Shown: in pieces, positions 22,196-33,464 of the stretch
Position numbering within the stretch: the stretch's first letter is position 1
Layout of the letters: every line of letters starts with the position of its first letter
Origin: Nitrospirota bacterium
Lineage (GTDB): Bacteria; Nitrospirota; UBA9217
Direction of reading: 5' to 3'
NCBI GenBank assembly: GCA_963749655.1
Contig: CAVVOB010000030.1
Location: forward strand, 192,001 to 256,000
Length of the DNA: 64,000 bases
Made by a program: the position numbers and the translations under genes
The notes under the pieces: generated by a model
Told to the model about the DNA's origin: nothing
What the model saw: the letters and a program-made list of their open reading frames with translations, nothing else
Database searches by the model: none

Positions 22196-24577
22196 ATGAA
22201 TGAGCACACCCTCCGCATTCTGGAATTCGACAAGGTTCTTGATATCATTTCCGGGTATGCCGCGTCGGATGCAGGCAAGGATTTCGTCCGAACAGTGATT
22301 CCCATCTCCGACCGGCAGACCGTAGAGCTTCGGCTCAGGGAGACGGCGGAGTTCATCGGGATTTTGGAGAGGGGAGACCCCCCCCCCTTCGATGGGATCT
22401 TTGATATACGTCGTGCTCTCGAAAAACTTTCCGTCGCAGGAAGCATGTTCTATCCGGACGAGCTCCTGCAGACGGCGGCAACACTTCGCGCCGGAAGGCG
22501 AATAAATCAGTTCTTCCGGAAGATGGAAGGCCGGGGAAGTGATTTTTCGCCGGAGGCCAGCCTGTTGTGTTCCCGCGCTGCTTCCATCACGCCGCTCAAG
22601 CACCTCGAGGATGCGGTATTTTCCGCAATCGATGAGCGGTCCGAGGTCAGAGATTCGGCGAGCCCGGAGCTTAAGAGAATCCGGAAGCTGATAGCACGAA
22701 TGAGGGATGAAGTTCTCGACCGACTGTCCCGCATCCTGCAGAACAGCGCGTTTCACAAAGTTATACAGGAACCGGTCGTTACCGTCCGCGAGGACCGATA
22801 TGTCCTTCCTCTTAAGCCAAACTTCAGGCAGAGCTTGAACGGCGTCGTGCACGGCCAATCGGGGTCACGGGCGACGCTTTTTGTAGAGCCCCTCGATGTT
22901 CTGGAACAAAACAACCGGCTGGCAGAACTCCGGATGGAGGAGCGGGAAGAAGTTGATCGGATCCTTCGAGAGCTTACTGCGCGTTTGGCCGGAGAAGCGG
23001 ACGCGATTCAGGGCACGGTCGACGCCCTTGCCGCGCTCGATGCAATTTGCGCCCGTGCACGGTTCGGTGTAGATTGCAGGGGTACTATTCCGGAGATTTC
23101 TCCGGAAAGAACCATCCGGCTGCGCAGGGCGTGTCATCCGCTGTTGATTTGGAAACAGAAGACAACGGGAGGTGCTCCCGTTACGCCGAATGATCTGGAA
23201 CTGGGGCTCAACGAACATGCAGTGATTCTCAGCGGTCCGAACGCCGGCGGCAAGACCGTGGTCCTTAAAATGATCGGTCTGCTCTCGCTCATGGCGCAGG
23301 CAGGATTGCCAGTGACTGCCGGCAGCGGGAGCGTACTTCCGTGTTTTAGATCAATCTTCGCTGATATCGGGGATGAGCAGAGTCTTGAGCAGGATCTGAG
23401 CACGTTTTCTTCCCACATGGCTCAGGTAGCAGCCATTCTTCAGCAGGCAGGCAAGGACTCGCTGGTTCTGCTTGATGAGCTGGGTTCGGGCACCGACCCG
23501 GGAGAAGGAGCGGGACTTGGCGCCGCGATCCTCGGAAGTCTGATCGATATCGGGAGCGTGACGATCGTCACGACGCACCACAATGCGCTCAAGCTTTTCG
23601 GTTCCCAGACGGCCGGTGCGGTGAATGCGGCTATGGATTTCGATCCGCAAACGTTGAAACCAACGTATCGGCTGCTGCCCGGCAGGCCCGGCAGAAGCTA
23701 CGGGCTGGACATGGCGGCCAGGATCGGCGTGCCCGAGCCGGTCATCCGCAAGGCGCGTGAACTGATTGGCAAGGAAGACGCGACGCTGGAGAATCTCCTC
23801 AGGAAGGTCGAGGACGAATCGCGGGCGCTGGCAGCGGAACGGGAATCGCTGGAGCGGGAGCTTGCTGCAGCAAAGCAGCAGAGGAGCACGGCGGAGGAAT
23901 CGGTCCAGGCAGCCTTGAAGGATGCACGTGAAATCCAGGCAAAAGCCAGGATTGAAGCAAAGGAAATTCTATCATCGCTCCGGCAAAAGCTTCGCGAATT
24001 ATCCCAGGTCACGGCGTCGGACCGGGAAATGATCAAGATTGCGGCAGTGGAAGTGGAAACAGTCGGCCGACAACTTGCTGCTGCACGGGTTACGGCCGAC
24101 GGTTATGGTCGGACATCTCACGATCTACATCCCGGCGACCGAATTCGCATACCGCGCTTGAATAGAACTGCAACCGTGCTTGCTTCCCAGTCGGGCCGTA
24201 TCGAACTGGATATAGGCGGGAAGAAAATCAAGATCGCGGAAGAGGAAATATTCCCGTTCGAGCAGATGCAGCACCAGCGGGAAAGAGTTGCGGCGCCCGG
24301 GTGGGGCGCTGAGCTGCAGGAGCGAGAAAGCGCGCCAGACCGGCTGAATATCATCGGGCTTCGCGTGGCAGAAGGCCTTGCCGAGCTCGAGCGTTTTCTG
24401 GACCATGCAGCTATGAGCGGCCTGTCGATCGTTACTGTCATTCACGGGCTCGGGACCGGGGCGCTCAAGCAGGCAGTGACGGAATATCTTAAGAACCATC
24501 CTCTGGTTTCTGCCCTACGGAACGGGGGGCCGGCCGAAGGCGGAGCAGGGGTGACCGTGGCGGAGCTGAAAAAATAA
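22196..24577 (+). CDS. mutS2: MutS2 (ATPase, KOW, Smr domains)
   Basis: LRILEF, SGPNAGGKT, DIGDEQS, LLDELGSGTDP, IHGLGTG. Confidence 0.94.
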   Translation: MNEHTLRILEFDKVLDIISGYAASDAGKDFVRTVIPISDRQTVELRLRETAEFIGILERGDPPPFDGIFDIRRALEKLSVAGSMFYPDELLQTAATLRAGRRINQFFRKMEGRGSDFSPEASLLCSRAASITPLKHLEDAVFSAIDERSEVRDSASPELKRIRKLIARMRDEVLDRLSRILQNSAFHKVIQEPVVTVREDRYVLPLKPNFRQSLNGVVHGQSGSRATLFVEPLDVLEQNNRLAELRMEEREEVDRILRELTARLAGEADAIQGTVDALAALDAICARARFGVDCRGTIPEISPERTIRLRRACHPLLIWKQKTTGGAPVTPNDLELGLNEHAVILSGPNAGGKTVVLKMIGLLSLMAQAGLPVTAGSGSVLPCFRSIFADIGDEQSLEQDLSTFSSHMAQVAAILQQAGKDSLVLLDELGSGTDPGEGAGLGAAILGSLIDIGSVTIVTTHHNALKLFGSQTAGAVNAAMDFDPQTLKPTYRLLPGRPGRSYGLDMAARIGVPEPVIRKARELIGKEDATLENLLRKVEDESRALAAERESLERELAAAKQQRSTAEESVQAALKDAREIQAKARIEAKEILSSLRQKLRELSQVTASDREMIKIAAVEVETVGRQLAAARVTADGYGRTSHDLHPGDRIRIPRLNRTATVLASQSGRIELDIGGKKIKIAEEEIFPFEQMQHQRERVAAPGWGAELQERESAPDRLNIIGLRVAEGLAELERFLDHAAMSGLSIVTVIHGLGTGALKQAVTEYLKNHPLVSALRNGGPAEGGAGVTVAELKK

Positions 24578-24578
24578 C

Positions 24579-26368
24579 GTGTTCTCAGACGACACCATAA
24601 GCCGGGTCAGAGACAGTGTCGACATTGTTGATCTCGTCTCCGGGTATGTTTCGCTGAAAAAAACGGGAAAGAACTGGCAGGGACTTTGTCCCTTCCACTC
24701 GGAAAAAACACCGTCCTTCAACGTGAACCCGGAAAAACAAATCTTTCACTGTTTCGGGTGCGGAGCCGGTGGAGATGCATTCAAATTCGTCGAGCTTCAG
24801 GAAGGGTTGAACTTTCCCGAAGCAATCCGGAAGCTGGCCTCGCGGGCAGGTATTCAGCTGCCGCAGGACATGCAGGGGAGCAGACAGGACGCTCAATCGC
24901 AGAATGAACGTGCGGCGCTTTTAGCCGTAGTCGCAGCCGCCGCTGCGTATTTTTCCGGCGAGCTCGACGGCGGCGCCGGCGGCGCAGCCCGGGCCTATCT
25001 TAAAAAACGGGGCGTGAGCGACCAGATGACCCGGGATTTCGGGCTTGGTTATGCCAGACCCGAGTGGGACGGCCTGTTCAAGCATTTAAAGCAGAAGGGT
25101 TACTCCCCCGGCCGGATGGAAAAGGCCGGACTGATCGTCAAGCGAAGCGAGGGCGACGGTCATTATGACCGGTTCCGGGGCAGGATCATTTTTCCGATCA
25201 GGGACATTTCTGGCAATGTCATCGCCTTCGGCGGCAGGGTCATGGATGACTCATTGCCGAAATACCTGAACTCGCCCGAAACACCGCTGTACAGCAAAAG
25301 CAATGTGCTGTATTGTTTTGACCGGGCAAAGGAACAGGCCCGCAAACTCGGGTATTTCGTCATTGTCGAGGGCTATCTGGACGCACTTGCCTGCCATCAG
25401 TATGGGGCAAGAAATGCAGTGGCGACGCTGGGCACGGCGCTGACAGAGGGGCACGTGAGGTTGATGCGCCGTTTTGCGCACAATATCGTGCTCATCTTCG
25501 ATCCTGATCCGGCGGGGGTGAAGGCGACCCTGCGGGGCATCGACCTTTTCGCATCGAGCGGGATGAAGGTGAATGTAGTTTCGCTTCCTGACGGCGATGA
25601 CCCTGATACGTTTCTGAGCAAGAACGGCTACGAGGCTTTTGCCGCGTGCCTTAAAAAATCCGTCAAGTTCATGGATTTCGTGCTGGGCCACATTGTGGCG
25701 GGCAGTACGGCTTTTTCGATCGATGAAAAGGTGGAGCGTGCCGGAGAAATGCTCGGCATTATTGCCAAACTGCCGAGCGGCATCGAACGTGATCACTACC
25801 TGAAGAAAACCGCAGAGGCCCTGGACCTCGATGAATCTGTCCTGAGACAGGAGATGCCGCAGGGCGTGAAACGGACGGCAACCGCAGAAACGGGACAGGC
25901 CGCGTCCCGGCCGAAGCATACCCACCGGCCCCGGGCCGAGGAGATCCTGATTCACCTGATGCTGAAGGACGATGGAATCCTGCGAAGGCTGGCGGAGCAG
26001 ATAAAGCCGCAAGATTTCACCGATCCCCTGTACCGGCGGGCAGTTGAGAGAATTTTTGAGGTCCTGCGGACAAAAGGCTCAGTCGATCCTCTTGCACTCC
26101 ACCTACGGGGGATGAGGAGCTGAATGCATTAGTGTCTCATTACACTGTTCTCGACATGGTGCATCTTGATCCGGATAAATCCTGCCAGGACTGTGTCGAT
26201 ATCATCAAGCAGCAAGACCCGGAAAAGAAGATGAAGCTGTTGGCTAAAGCCATTCAGGAGGCGGAGGCGCAAGGCGACGCGGGGGTGCTGGCGCGGCTCA
26301 TGGATGAGCAGAATGAGCTGAGTAAGAGACCGGACAGGAAGCTCGGGAAACGGGTCCCGGGAATGTAG
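24579..26368 (+). CDS. dnaG: DNA primase (apparent 1-nt deletion near 26100)
   Basis: CPFH...CFGC, KYLNSPET, VEGYLD, DPD; C-terminus continues in another frame to 26368. Confidence 0.93.
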
Positions 26369-26459
26369 GGTATCGGGAGACCGACCGGGAAACCGGTCAG
26401 GCACAGACTTGTGATGGCGGGGACAGAACAACGCACATCACCAAAAGGAGCACCAGGGT

Positions 26460-28263
26460 ATGTCGAAGAAGGGCAAGGCAGACGGCTCGAAAAAGACGGG
26501 CCCGGCGGGCAAGGAGAGGAACTACGTTCCGTTCGAAGAGCAGAGCGATGCGCTCCCGCATGAAGACGTTTCTTCGGAACAGCTCGACAGCATTATCTCA
26601 CTGTTCGGCGATGGTGAAATGGATCTGGACATCACGGACTCCCGACACGACGGCAAGGTCCGTGCATCCGGTGAAGACGAGCTCGAGGAAGGCGCCGAGC
26701 CTGAAGAGGTTGGCCTTGACGAAACAGCCGAAGAGGAGATCGAGGAAGAGGACGTGGAGGTCGGCGTCGGCAAGACCGATGACCCCGTTCGTCTCTATCT
26801 GAAAGAAATGGGCACAGTGCCGCTCCTGTCCAAGGAAGGCGAGGTGTCCATCGCGAAACGGATCGAGGAGGGGAAACGCGATGCGGCCCAGGTCCTCTAC
26901 AGTCTTCCGTTTTCGCTCCGGGACGTACGCAACCTCGGAGACAAGCTGAAGAAAGGCAAGATCAGCATCCATGAAGTGGTCCATGCCGGCGACGATGATT
27001 TTGAGGACCTTCAGACCCAGAACGAAGAGGAGCTGCAGGCCCGGGTGCTCAAGCTGATCAGCGAGATCGATCGGCACAGCAAGGAAATCAACACCCTTTC
27101 GACGCATGTCAACAGCAGCAGGACCAGCGAGGCCAGAAAAAAAACGCTGCGGGAAAAGCTGCAGACGACGCGATATGCCCTCTTTGACAAGCTCGAAGCG
27201 CTGAACATTCACTGCCGCCAGACGGACCGTCTGGTGATGAAGCTCAGGGAGATGGTGAGCGAAGTGTTGTTGTCCGAGCGCGAGATCCACGGGCTGGAGC
27301 GCAAAACCGGCCTTGCACTCTCCGAGATAAAAGACGTATTTAAAAAAATGCGTCTCGGCGAGCGCGAACTCAAGAACGCCGCACGCAGGCTCGAAATGAA
27401 GCCGGAGGCGCTTCTCGGACTTGAGAAGACCTACCGAAACGCGATCAAACGCGTAAAAAAAATCGAGATGGATTGCGGAGTCGCGGCAGAAGACCTCAAG
27501 AAGACGCTCCGCGCCTACGAGCGGTCCGAGGAACGGGCCAAGGTCGCCAAGAGCGAACTGGTGGAAGCCAACCTGAGGCTGGTCGTATCCATCGCCAAGA
27601 AATATACAAACCGAGGCTTGCAGTTCCTCGATCTGATCCAGGAAGGCAACATCGGCCTCATGAAGGCCGTTGACAAGTTTGAGTGGCAGCGCGGCTACAA
27701 GTTCAGCACCTATGCCACGTGGTGGATCCGTCAGGCCATCACGCGGGCCATAGCAGACCAGGCGCGAACGATCCGGATCCCCGTGCACATGATCGAAACG
27801 ATGAACAAGCTCATCAGGACGTCGCGCGGTCTCGTACAGGATCTCGGCCGCGAACCCACAACCGAGGAAATCGCCGCGTCCATGAAGCTGCCGGTCGAGA
27901 AGGTCCGCAAGATCATGAAGATCGCGAAAGAGCCCATTTCTCTTGAAACGCCGATCGGCGAGGAAGAGGACAGTCATCTGGGCGATTTCATCGAGGACAA
28001 AAAGGTGGCGTCGCCGCTCGAATCGGCCATCCGCAAGAACCTCCATCAGCAGGTTCAGGAAGGTGCTGAATACGCTGACCGAGCGCGAGGAAAAGGTGCT
28101 GCGCTGGCGCTTTGGTATCGGCGAGCACACGGACCATACCCTGGAGGAAGTCGGCCAGGAATTTGATGTCACGCGCGAACGCATCCGGCAGATCGAGGCA
28201 AAGGCGTTGAGGAAACTGCGCCACCCGAGCCGGAGCAAACAGCTTAAGAGCTTCATGGAGTAA
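26460..28263 (+). CDS. rpoD: Primary sigma factor (apparent 1-nt insertion near 28058)
   Basis: [27 protein letters not shown]; region 4 ([13 protein letters not shown]) in the +1 frame. Confidence 0.95.
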
Positions 28264-28462
28264 GTACGGTCATCCGTGCAGCGGCAATTCCTTGACATTT
28301 TGCAGATGGTGTGCGATTATAGGCCCCTGCGGAAACGCAGCGGCTGGGTGCATGGCGGACGCAACAGATACGAATTACGAACAATAAATGACAGCGGGCA
28401 GGCTCGTGCAAGGCCGCGTTCGGCCATTTACAGAAAATCGGCATTCGGAAACTGCAGCAGCA

Positions 28463-28538
28463 GGGCCCATAGCTCAGTTGGTAGAGCTACCGGCTCATAA
28501 CCGGTTGGTCCCAGGTTCGAGCCCTGGTGGGCCCACCA
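28463..28538 (+). tRNA. tRNA with CAT anticodon, probably tRNA-Ile2
   Basis: 76-nt cloverleaf with CCA; paired 1:72 and no three G-C anticodon pairs, so not initiator; position after rpoD. Confidence 0.9.
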
Positions 28539-28643
28539 ATTTGGACAGGAGTGGAGAATGCGGAATACAAAATATTTTTATAACGTGAAAAAGTCATTTG
28601 AGAAATGCGCCGCGAGGCGCATTTTTCATTTTGTGGAGGAGTA

Positions 28644-29363
28644 ATGGATCGACAGCTCAACCTGCTCATTCAGCTTCAGGAAATTGATGGAAAGATTCGG
28701 AGCCTCACGGACCAGAAAAAACGCCTGCCCGAGTTCCTCGCCGATATCGAACGGAGGCGAGAGCTGAACAAAGCGGACTTGGAGAAGGCAAAGGAAGCTC
28801 TCCAGGCCGCGCAGAAGAACAAGCGCGACCGGGACGCGGATCTTGAGGTCGGGGTGCAGAAGGTCGAAAAGCAGAAAGCGCACTCCTCAGAGATCAAGAA
28901 CAATAAAGAGTACCAGGCCCTGCTCAAAGAGATTGAGACCAGCGAGCAGGAGAACAAAAAGATCGAGGACGAGATCCTCGTGCTTATGGAAAAGATCGAC
29001 GCCGCAGCCGCCGGGATCACAGCGGCCGAACAGCGTACCCGCGATGAAGAGGTGGCGTTCCAGTCCGAACAGAAACAGCACGAAGCTGACTTCGCAAAGC
29101 TCGAACAGGAACTGAAAATCGTCGAACAGGGCAAAAAGGAAGTGGTCGCCCTCATTCAGCCGGCGGTCCTCCACCAGTACCGGAATCTCCTTAATACCAA
29201 GGGAGGCATCGCCATTGCCGAGGCGCGCGGGGAATCCTGTTCGGGTTGCTATATGAGCATTCCCCCCCAGGTGTTCGTCAATGTCAAAAAGAACGAAAGC
29301 ATCATCACCTGTCCCAACTGCCATCGGATCCTTTACTTCAAGGAAGCGATCGCGTCAAAATAG
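28644..29363 (+). CDS. Coiled-coil plus C4 zinc-ribbon protein (DUF164 type)
   Basis: LIQLQEID, long coiled coil, CSGC...CPNCHRIL. Confidence 0.9.
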   Translation: MDRQLNLLIQLQEIDGKIRSLTDQKKRLPEFLADIERRRELNKADLEKAKEALQAAQKNKRDRDADLEVGVQKVEKQKAHSSEIKNNKEYQALLKEIETSEQENKKIEDEILVLMEKIDAAAAGITAAEQRTRDEEVAFQSEQKQHEADFAKLEQELKIVEQGKKEVVALIQPAVLHQYRNLLNTKGGIAIAEARGESCSGCYMSIPPQVFVNVKKNESIITCPNCHRILYFKEAIASK

Positions 29364-29392
29364 TTGCTGATCGATCGAACGAAAGGGAAGCT

Positions 29393-29794
29393 GTGGAATA
29401 CACCATTTTTTCAGACGGCGCGTCGCGAAACAACCCGGGGGAGGCAGGCGCGGGGGTCTACATTCTCCAGGACGGAAAACCGGTCGGCCAGATATCACGC
29501 TACCTGGGCAAGACCACAAATAACATCGCCGAATACACTGCCGCTATCATCGGCTTCGAACAGGTTTTGAAACTGGGAGCAACGAAGGTCAGGTTTTTTG
29601 CCGATTCCGAGCTGCTCGTGAAGCAGCTGAACGGCCAGTACAAGGTTAAAAACGAAGGCCTGAAGCCGCTCCATGCCAGGATCAAAGAGCTGATTGCGAA
29701 GATCGGCGCCGTCGAGGTACAATACATACCACGGGAGAGGAACAAGGAAGCGGACGCCCTGGCGAACAAGGCGATTGATGAAAAAATAATGTAA
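29393..29794 (+). CDS. rnhA: Ribonuclease HI family protein
   Basis: DGASRNNPG, TNNIAEY, DSEL, RERNKEADALAN. Confidence 0.9.
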   Translation: MEYTIFSDGASRNNPGEAGAGVYILQDGKPVGQISRYLGKTTNNIAEYTAAIIGFEQVLKLGATKVRFFADSELLVKQLNGQYKVKNEGLKPLHARIKELIAKIGAVEVQYIPRERNKEADALANKAIDEKIM

Positions 29795-29796
29795 GG

Positions 29797-29886
29797 AGAC
29801 AGAATGCAGAAATCAGTAGTCAAAAGAGGACGACTTTCTTAGGATGCGTTCTTCCTCTACTGAATTCTGGCTTTCTGTCTTCTGTC
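29797..29886. repeat. Degenerate heptamer array, inverted arms
   Basis: AGACAGA-ATGCAGA-AATCAGT-AGTCAAA facing TACTGAA-TTCTGGC-TTTCTGT-CTTCTGT. Confidence 0.6.
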
Positions 29887-29902
29887 AGCTGTTCTTTGAA
29901 TT

Positions 29903-30272
29903 CAGAGCGGGTGAGGTGATCGCTCTCCGGCAACGGGGGGAGGAAAGTCCGAGCTCCGCAGGGCAAGGCGGTCCCGAAACGGGACAGGGGGCGACCCCAT
30001 GGACAGTGCCACAGAAAAGAAGACCGCCCCGCACAGGGGTAAGGGTGAAACGGTGGGGTAAGAGCCCACCAGGCTCCCGGGCGACCGGGAGTGCTTGGAA
30101 AACCCCGCCTGGAGCAAGACCACATAGGGAAGCGTCCTCCGCAAGGAGGTAAGGACGGCCCGTCCGAGACTTCCGGGTAGGTCGCTCGTGCCGATGGGCA
30201 ACCATCGGCCCAGACAAATGATCATCACCCTGAGCGATCAGGGAACAGAACTCGGCTTACGACCCGCTCTGA
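29903..30272 (+). ncRNA. rnpB: RNase P RNA, type A
   Basis: GAGGAAAGTCC, GGGTGAAACGG, GGAGCAAG, ACAGAACTCGGCTTA; P1 CAGAGCGGGT/ACCCGCTCTG. Confidence 0.97.
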
Positions 30273-30345
30273 TCTTTTTATAAAATCGCTCAACCATGGT
30301 CCCATTGCGCCGCCTCACTCCCGTGAGGAAGCTTCAGGTGTATCC

Positions 30346-31023
30346 ATGAGCAAGAAAGATTTTACCATCCGTCCCTTTGAGAAGCTCAGGAAGAAGATCG
30401 AGAGCAAAAAGCCCGTTCCTCCACCCCGACGCCAGAAAAAAAAGGAAGAATATACCGACGAAGAGCTTTTCACCCGGGAGATGGGCAGCGTATTGGCCAT
30501 CGATGAATTCCGTTCACTGGCCTGTGCGCATCGCCCCCGTAAGACGGAGCCCGGTCACGCGCAGCAGGACTGCGGCAGGGATGCACAGGTGATCCTCGGG
30601 CAGATCGTAGGTGGCGACTTGCCGATCCATCTGCCGCACACCCAGGAGTACGTAGAATGGATCGATTCCGACTGCCGCGACGATATCGCGCGCACCCTTC
30701 ATGAAGGAAGGTTCTCGGTCCAGGCCTTTCTCGATCTGCACGGGTGCACGGTCCCTGAAGCGGAAGACGAGCTGGACGACTTCCTGCTGGAGTCCCTGAA
30801 AGCAGGAAGAAGTTGTGTTAAGATTATCGTGGGCAGGGGCCTTCGGTCAGTCAGGGGACCGCGGGTCAAGGACGCGGTCATACGGCGGCTGTCCGGCCAT
30901 TTTCGAAAAAATATCATTGCTTTTGTCACTGCACGGCAGTGCGACGGCGGGCTGGGCGCGCTGTATGTCCTGCTCCGGAAAAAATGGATCCGCGACTGCT
31001 CTGCATCTCAAACTCAGACATGA
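30346..31023 (+). CDS. Stand-alone Smr-domain protein (SmrA/SmrB-like)
   Basis: LDLHG, IIVGRG, DGGLGALYVLL. Confidence 0.88.
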   Translation: MSKKDFTIRPFEKLRKKIESKKPVPPPRRQKKKEEYTDEELFTREMGSVLAIDEFRSLACAHRPRKTEPGHAQQDCGRDAQVILGQIVGGDLPIHLPHTQEYVEWIDSDCRDDIARTLHEGRFSVQAFLDLHGCTVPEAEDELDDFLLESLKAGRSCVKIIVGRGLRSVRGPRVKDAVIRRLSGHFRKNIIAFVTARQCDGGLGALYVLLRKKWIRDCSASQTQT

Positions 31024-31043
31024 GATCAGCGACGATATCCTCT

Positions 31044-31878
31044 TTGCATAACGCAAAAAACATCAAGTTAACTCCCGCAGCAGGTCCGAACATTTCAGAA
31101 AAAGGTCTACAACTGGTTTGATGCCCGAGGTCGGAACCTGCCTTGGCGCAAAAACGTGACGCCCTATCGGGTGCTTATTTCCGAAATAATGCTTCAGCAG
31201 ACGCAGGTAGAGAGGGTCATTGAAAAATACCGAGAATTTCTCTCCGCGTTTCCGAGTTTTCCCATCCTCGCCCAGGCGCCACTCCCGAAGCTTCTTAAGA
31301 TCTGGTCAGGTATGGGTTACAATCGAAGGGCGCTTGCGCTCAAAGCACTCGCTCAGAAAGTCATGTCAGATCACCGGGGGAGGCTGCCGCGGGATCAGGA
31401 GAGTCTCCTGGCGCTGCCGGGCATCGGTAAATACACGGCAGGCGCGGTGCTGGCCTTTGCCTTCAACGAACCTGTCGTCTTTATGGACACGAACATCAGG
31501 CGTGTTTTCATCTACGAATTTTTTCATGACCAAAACAGCGTTCACGACGATGAGCTGCTGCCCTTAGTGGCACTGACTGTGGATCATGAAAATCCGCGGA
31601 AATGGTACAACGCCCTGATGGACTACGGAACCATGTTGAAGCAGGAGTATGCCAATCCCAACCGCAGGAGCGTTCATTACACCCGTCAGAGCCCCTTCGA
31701 GAATTCAAACCGGCAGGTGCGGGGCATGATTTTGAAGACGCTTGTAGCCGAAGCGCCCCTTACCGCTGCGCAGATCACAACGAGGACGGGCATGGATCCC
31801 GAGCGAGTGAAAAGAAACCTCGTTCAACTGGAAAAAGAAGGGTTTATCCGGAAGCGTGGGCGAGTATATTCCGTTTAA
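31044..31878 (+). CDS. mutY: MutY-like HhH-GPD adenine glycosylase (apparent 1-nt insertion near 31074)
   Basis: RNLPWR, SEIMLQQTQV, GMGYNRRA, LPGIGKYTA, DTNIRR; N-terminus from TTG 31044 in another frame. Confidence 0.8.
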
Positions 31879-31951
31879 GCATCATATGAAGACGAATGTG
31901 CGTGTCAGCCGAAGACGCCGGATACCCGCATTTGCGGAAATGACAGACTGT

Positions 31952-31982
31952 AATCCGCATTCCGCAATCCGAATTCCGCATT
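31952..31982. repeat. Heptamer tandem array
   Basis: AATCCGC-ATTCCGC-AATCCGA-ATTCCGC-ATT directly before ATG. Confidence 0.75.
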
Positions 31983-32897
31983 ATGATTTCCGGTCCTGAC
32001 TACATACAGTGGTATCCCACGCTCCGGTGCAATCGGGCCTGCGATTTCTGTTTCAACCGCTCCCTGTCTCCGCTTCCGGACATGACGGCTGCGGATTTCA
32101 CGGCGATGCTTTGCACGCTCGACCGGGCCGGTGTCCGGACCCTCGACATCATGGGCGGTGAGCCGACACTGCATGTGGATATCGTCGCTTTTGTGCGCGA
32201 GGCTGCCTCGTCGGGCTTCAGCATTAATATCAGTTCGAACGGTTCGAATCCCGGTGTTCTTTCGGAACTCATGGACGCGGGGGAGGCGGTGACGGTCGGC
32301 ATTTCGATCAATGATGGGGAAACACTTGTCCGGCTCAGGGATTTCATCCAAGAGCATAGACCGGTGGTCAAATCCCTGTTCAGCCGGAACACAGACCATG
32401 ACATGATCGGGGACATTCTTTCGCTCCAGCCGAAGAAATTCTATTTGATCTACCGCGATGCGCTTCATCAACGGGAGCTTGGAGACACCGTCCCGTTCCC
32501 CGAGTTTGCGACGACGATAGAAAACAGCTTTCCTTCAGCTCAGGTCGGCACGGTCTTCTGCTCAGGTTTTCTTCCCGATAGGTCGAGCTTGCCCGAGCTT
32601 GCGGCTGTCCGGTGCCCCGCAGGTACGACCAAACTGGGCGTGCTGCCTGATGGGTCAGTTTATCCCTGCAACCTCTTTTTCGGCATGAAGGACTTTTTTC
32701 TCGGCAACCTGCTTCGCAGTCCCTTTGAACATATCCTGCAGCACCAGGCGCTTGCCTGTTTCCGCAGTTTTGCCGGAAACCCCTGCACACAGGCGGTCTG
32801 CCGGTTCCATGCGCAATGCCACGGCGGTTGCCCGGCCCAAAGCCTTTTACTCGCCGGCAATCTGAGCGCGCCGGATCCGCGATGCAATCCCTGTTGA
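31983..32897 (+). CDS. Radical SAM / SPASM domain protein
   Basis: CNRACDFC, GGEP, CPAG...DGSVYPC...CHGGCPA...PDPRC. Confidence 0.9.
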   Translation: MISGPDYIQWYPTLRCNRACDFCFNRSLSPLPDMTAADFTAMLCTLDRAGVRTLDIMGGEPTLHVDIVAFVREAASSGFSINISSNGSNPGVLSELMDAGEAVTVGISINDGETLVRLRDFIQEHRPVVKSLFSRNTDHDMIGDILSLQPKKFYLIYRDALHQRELGDTVPFPEFATTIENSFPSAQVGTVFCSGFLPDRSSLPELAAVRCPAGTTKLGVLPDGSVYPCNLFFGMKDFFLGNLLRSPFEHILQHQALACFRSFAGNPCTQAVCRFHAQCHGGCPAQSLLLAGNLSAPDPRCNPC

Positions 32898-32985
32898 CCG
32901 CTGGACAGGGCAAATCCGATATTCCTGCAGTGTGATGGTGCGCTTCTGATATAATAATGAAAACTTGAACAGAGGAGGCTTGTTT

Positions 32986-33261
32986 ATGGTTACAGCCCTG
33001 GTACTGTTGACTGTGGCGCGAGACAAGGTAAACAAGGTCGCAGAGACGCTGGCGGACATGGACGGCATCACCGAAGTTTATTCAGTGGCAGGACGCTTCG
33101 ATCTGGCCGTGATCATCCGCGTCAAGGATAACGACCAGATGGCGGAGATGGTGACGAATCACATGCTGAAGGTGGATGGGATTCTTACTTCGGAGACGCT
33201 TATAGCCTTCCGTGTCCACTCCCGCCACGATCTGGAAAGTATGTTCTCCATCGGCCTGTAA
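32986..33261 (+). CDS. Stand-alone Lrp/AsnC ligand-binding (RAM) domain protein
   Basis: 91 aa, EVYSVAGRFDL, ETLIAF, no HTH; SD GGAGG. Confidence 0.88.
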   Translation: MVTALVLLTVARDKVNKVAETLADMDGITEVYSVAGRFDLAVIIRVKDNDQMAEMVTNHMLKVDGILTSETLIAFRVHSRHDLESMFSIGL

Positions 33262-33464
33262 GAGACATACAAGCATCAGGACCCGACCTACCCACCCTTC
33301 CTCAGGATATTCATGTCCGCTATCATGCATTTGCGGAACCGGAGGAATGCCGCTTTGCGCCTGAGCGAGCCGCAAAATATCGTTGTGTGCGTTCTCGAAA
33401 TAGTATAAAATGACTGCACTTTTTGTTGCAGTTCTCCATTTCCCAAATTCGTTCAGGAGGTAAC

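Noticed and set aside
28040-28070. Programmed frameshifting or pseudogenisation of rpoD and the other split genes
   Set aside because: No shared slippery signal, essential genes affected, no other decay; sequencing error is simpler.
26598-28298. Long antisense ORFs (also 6889-8181, 33489-34775, 39778-41100, 55211-56221)
   Set aside because: They shadow conserved genes, as expected from GC-rich codon bias, and have no recognisable motifs.
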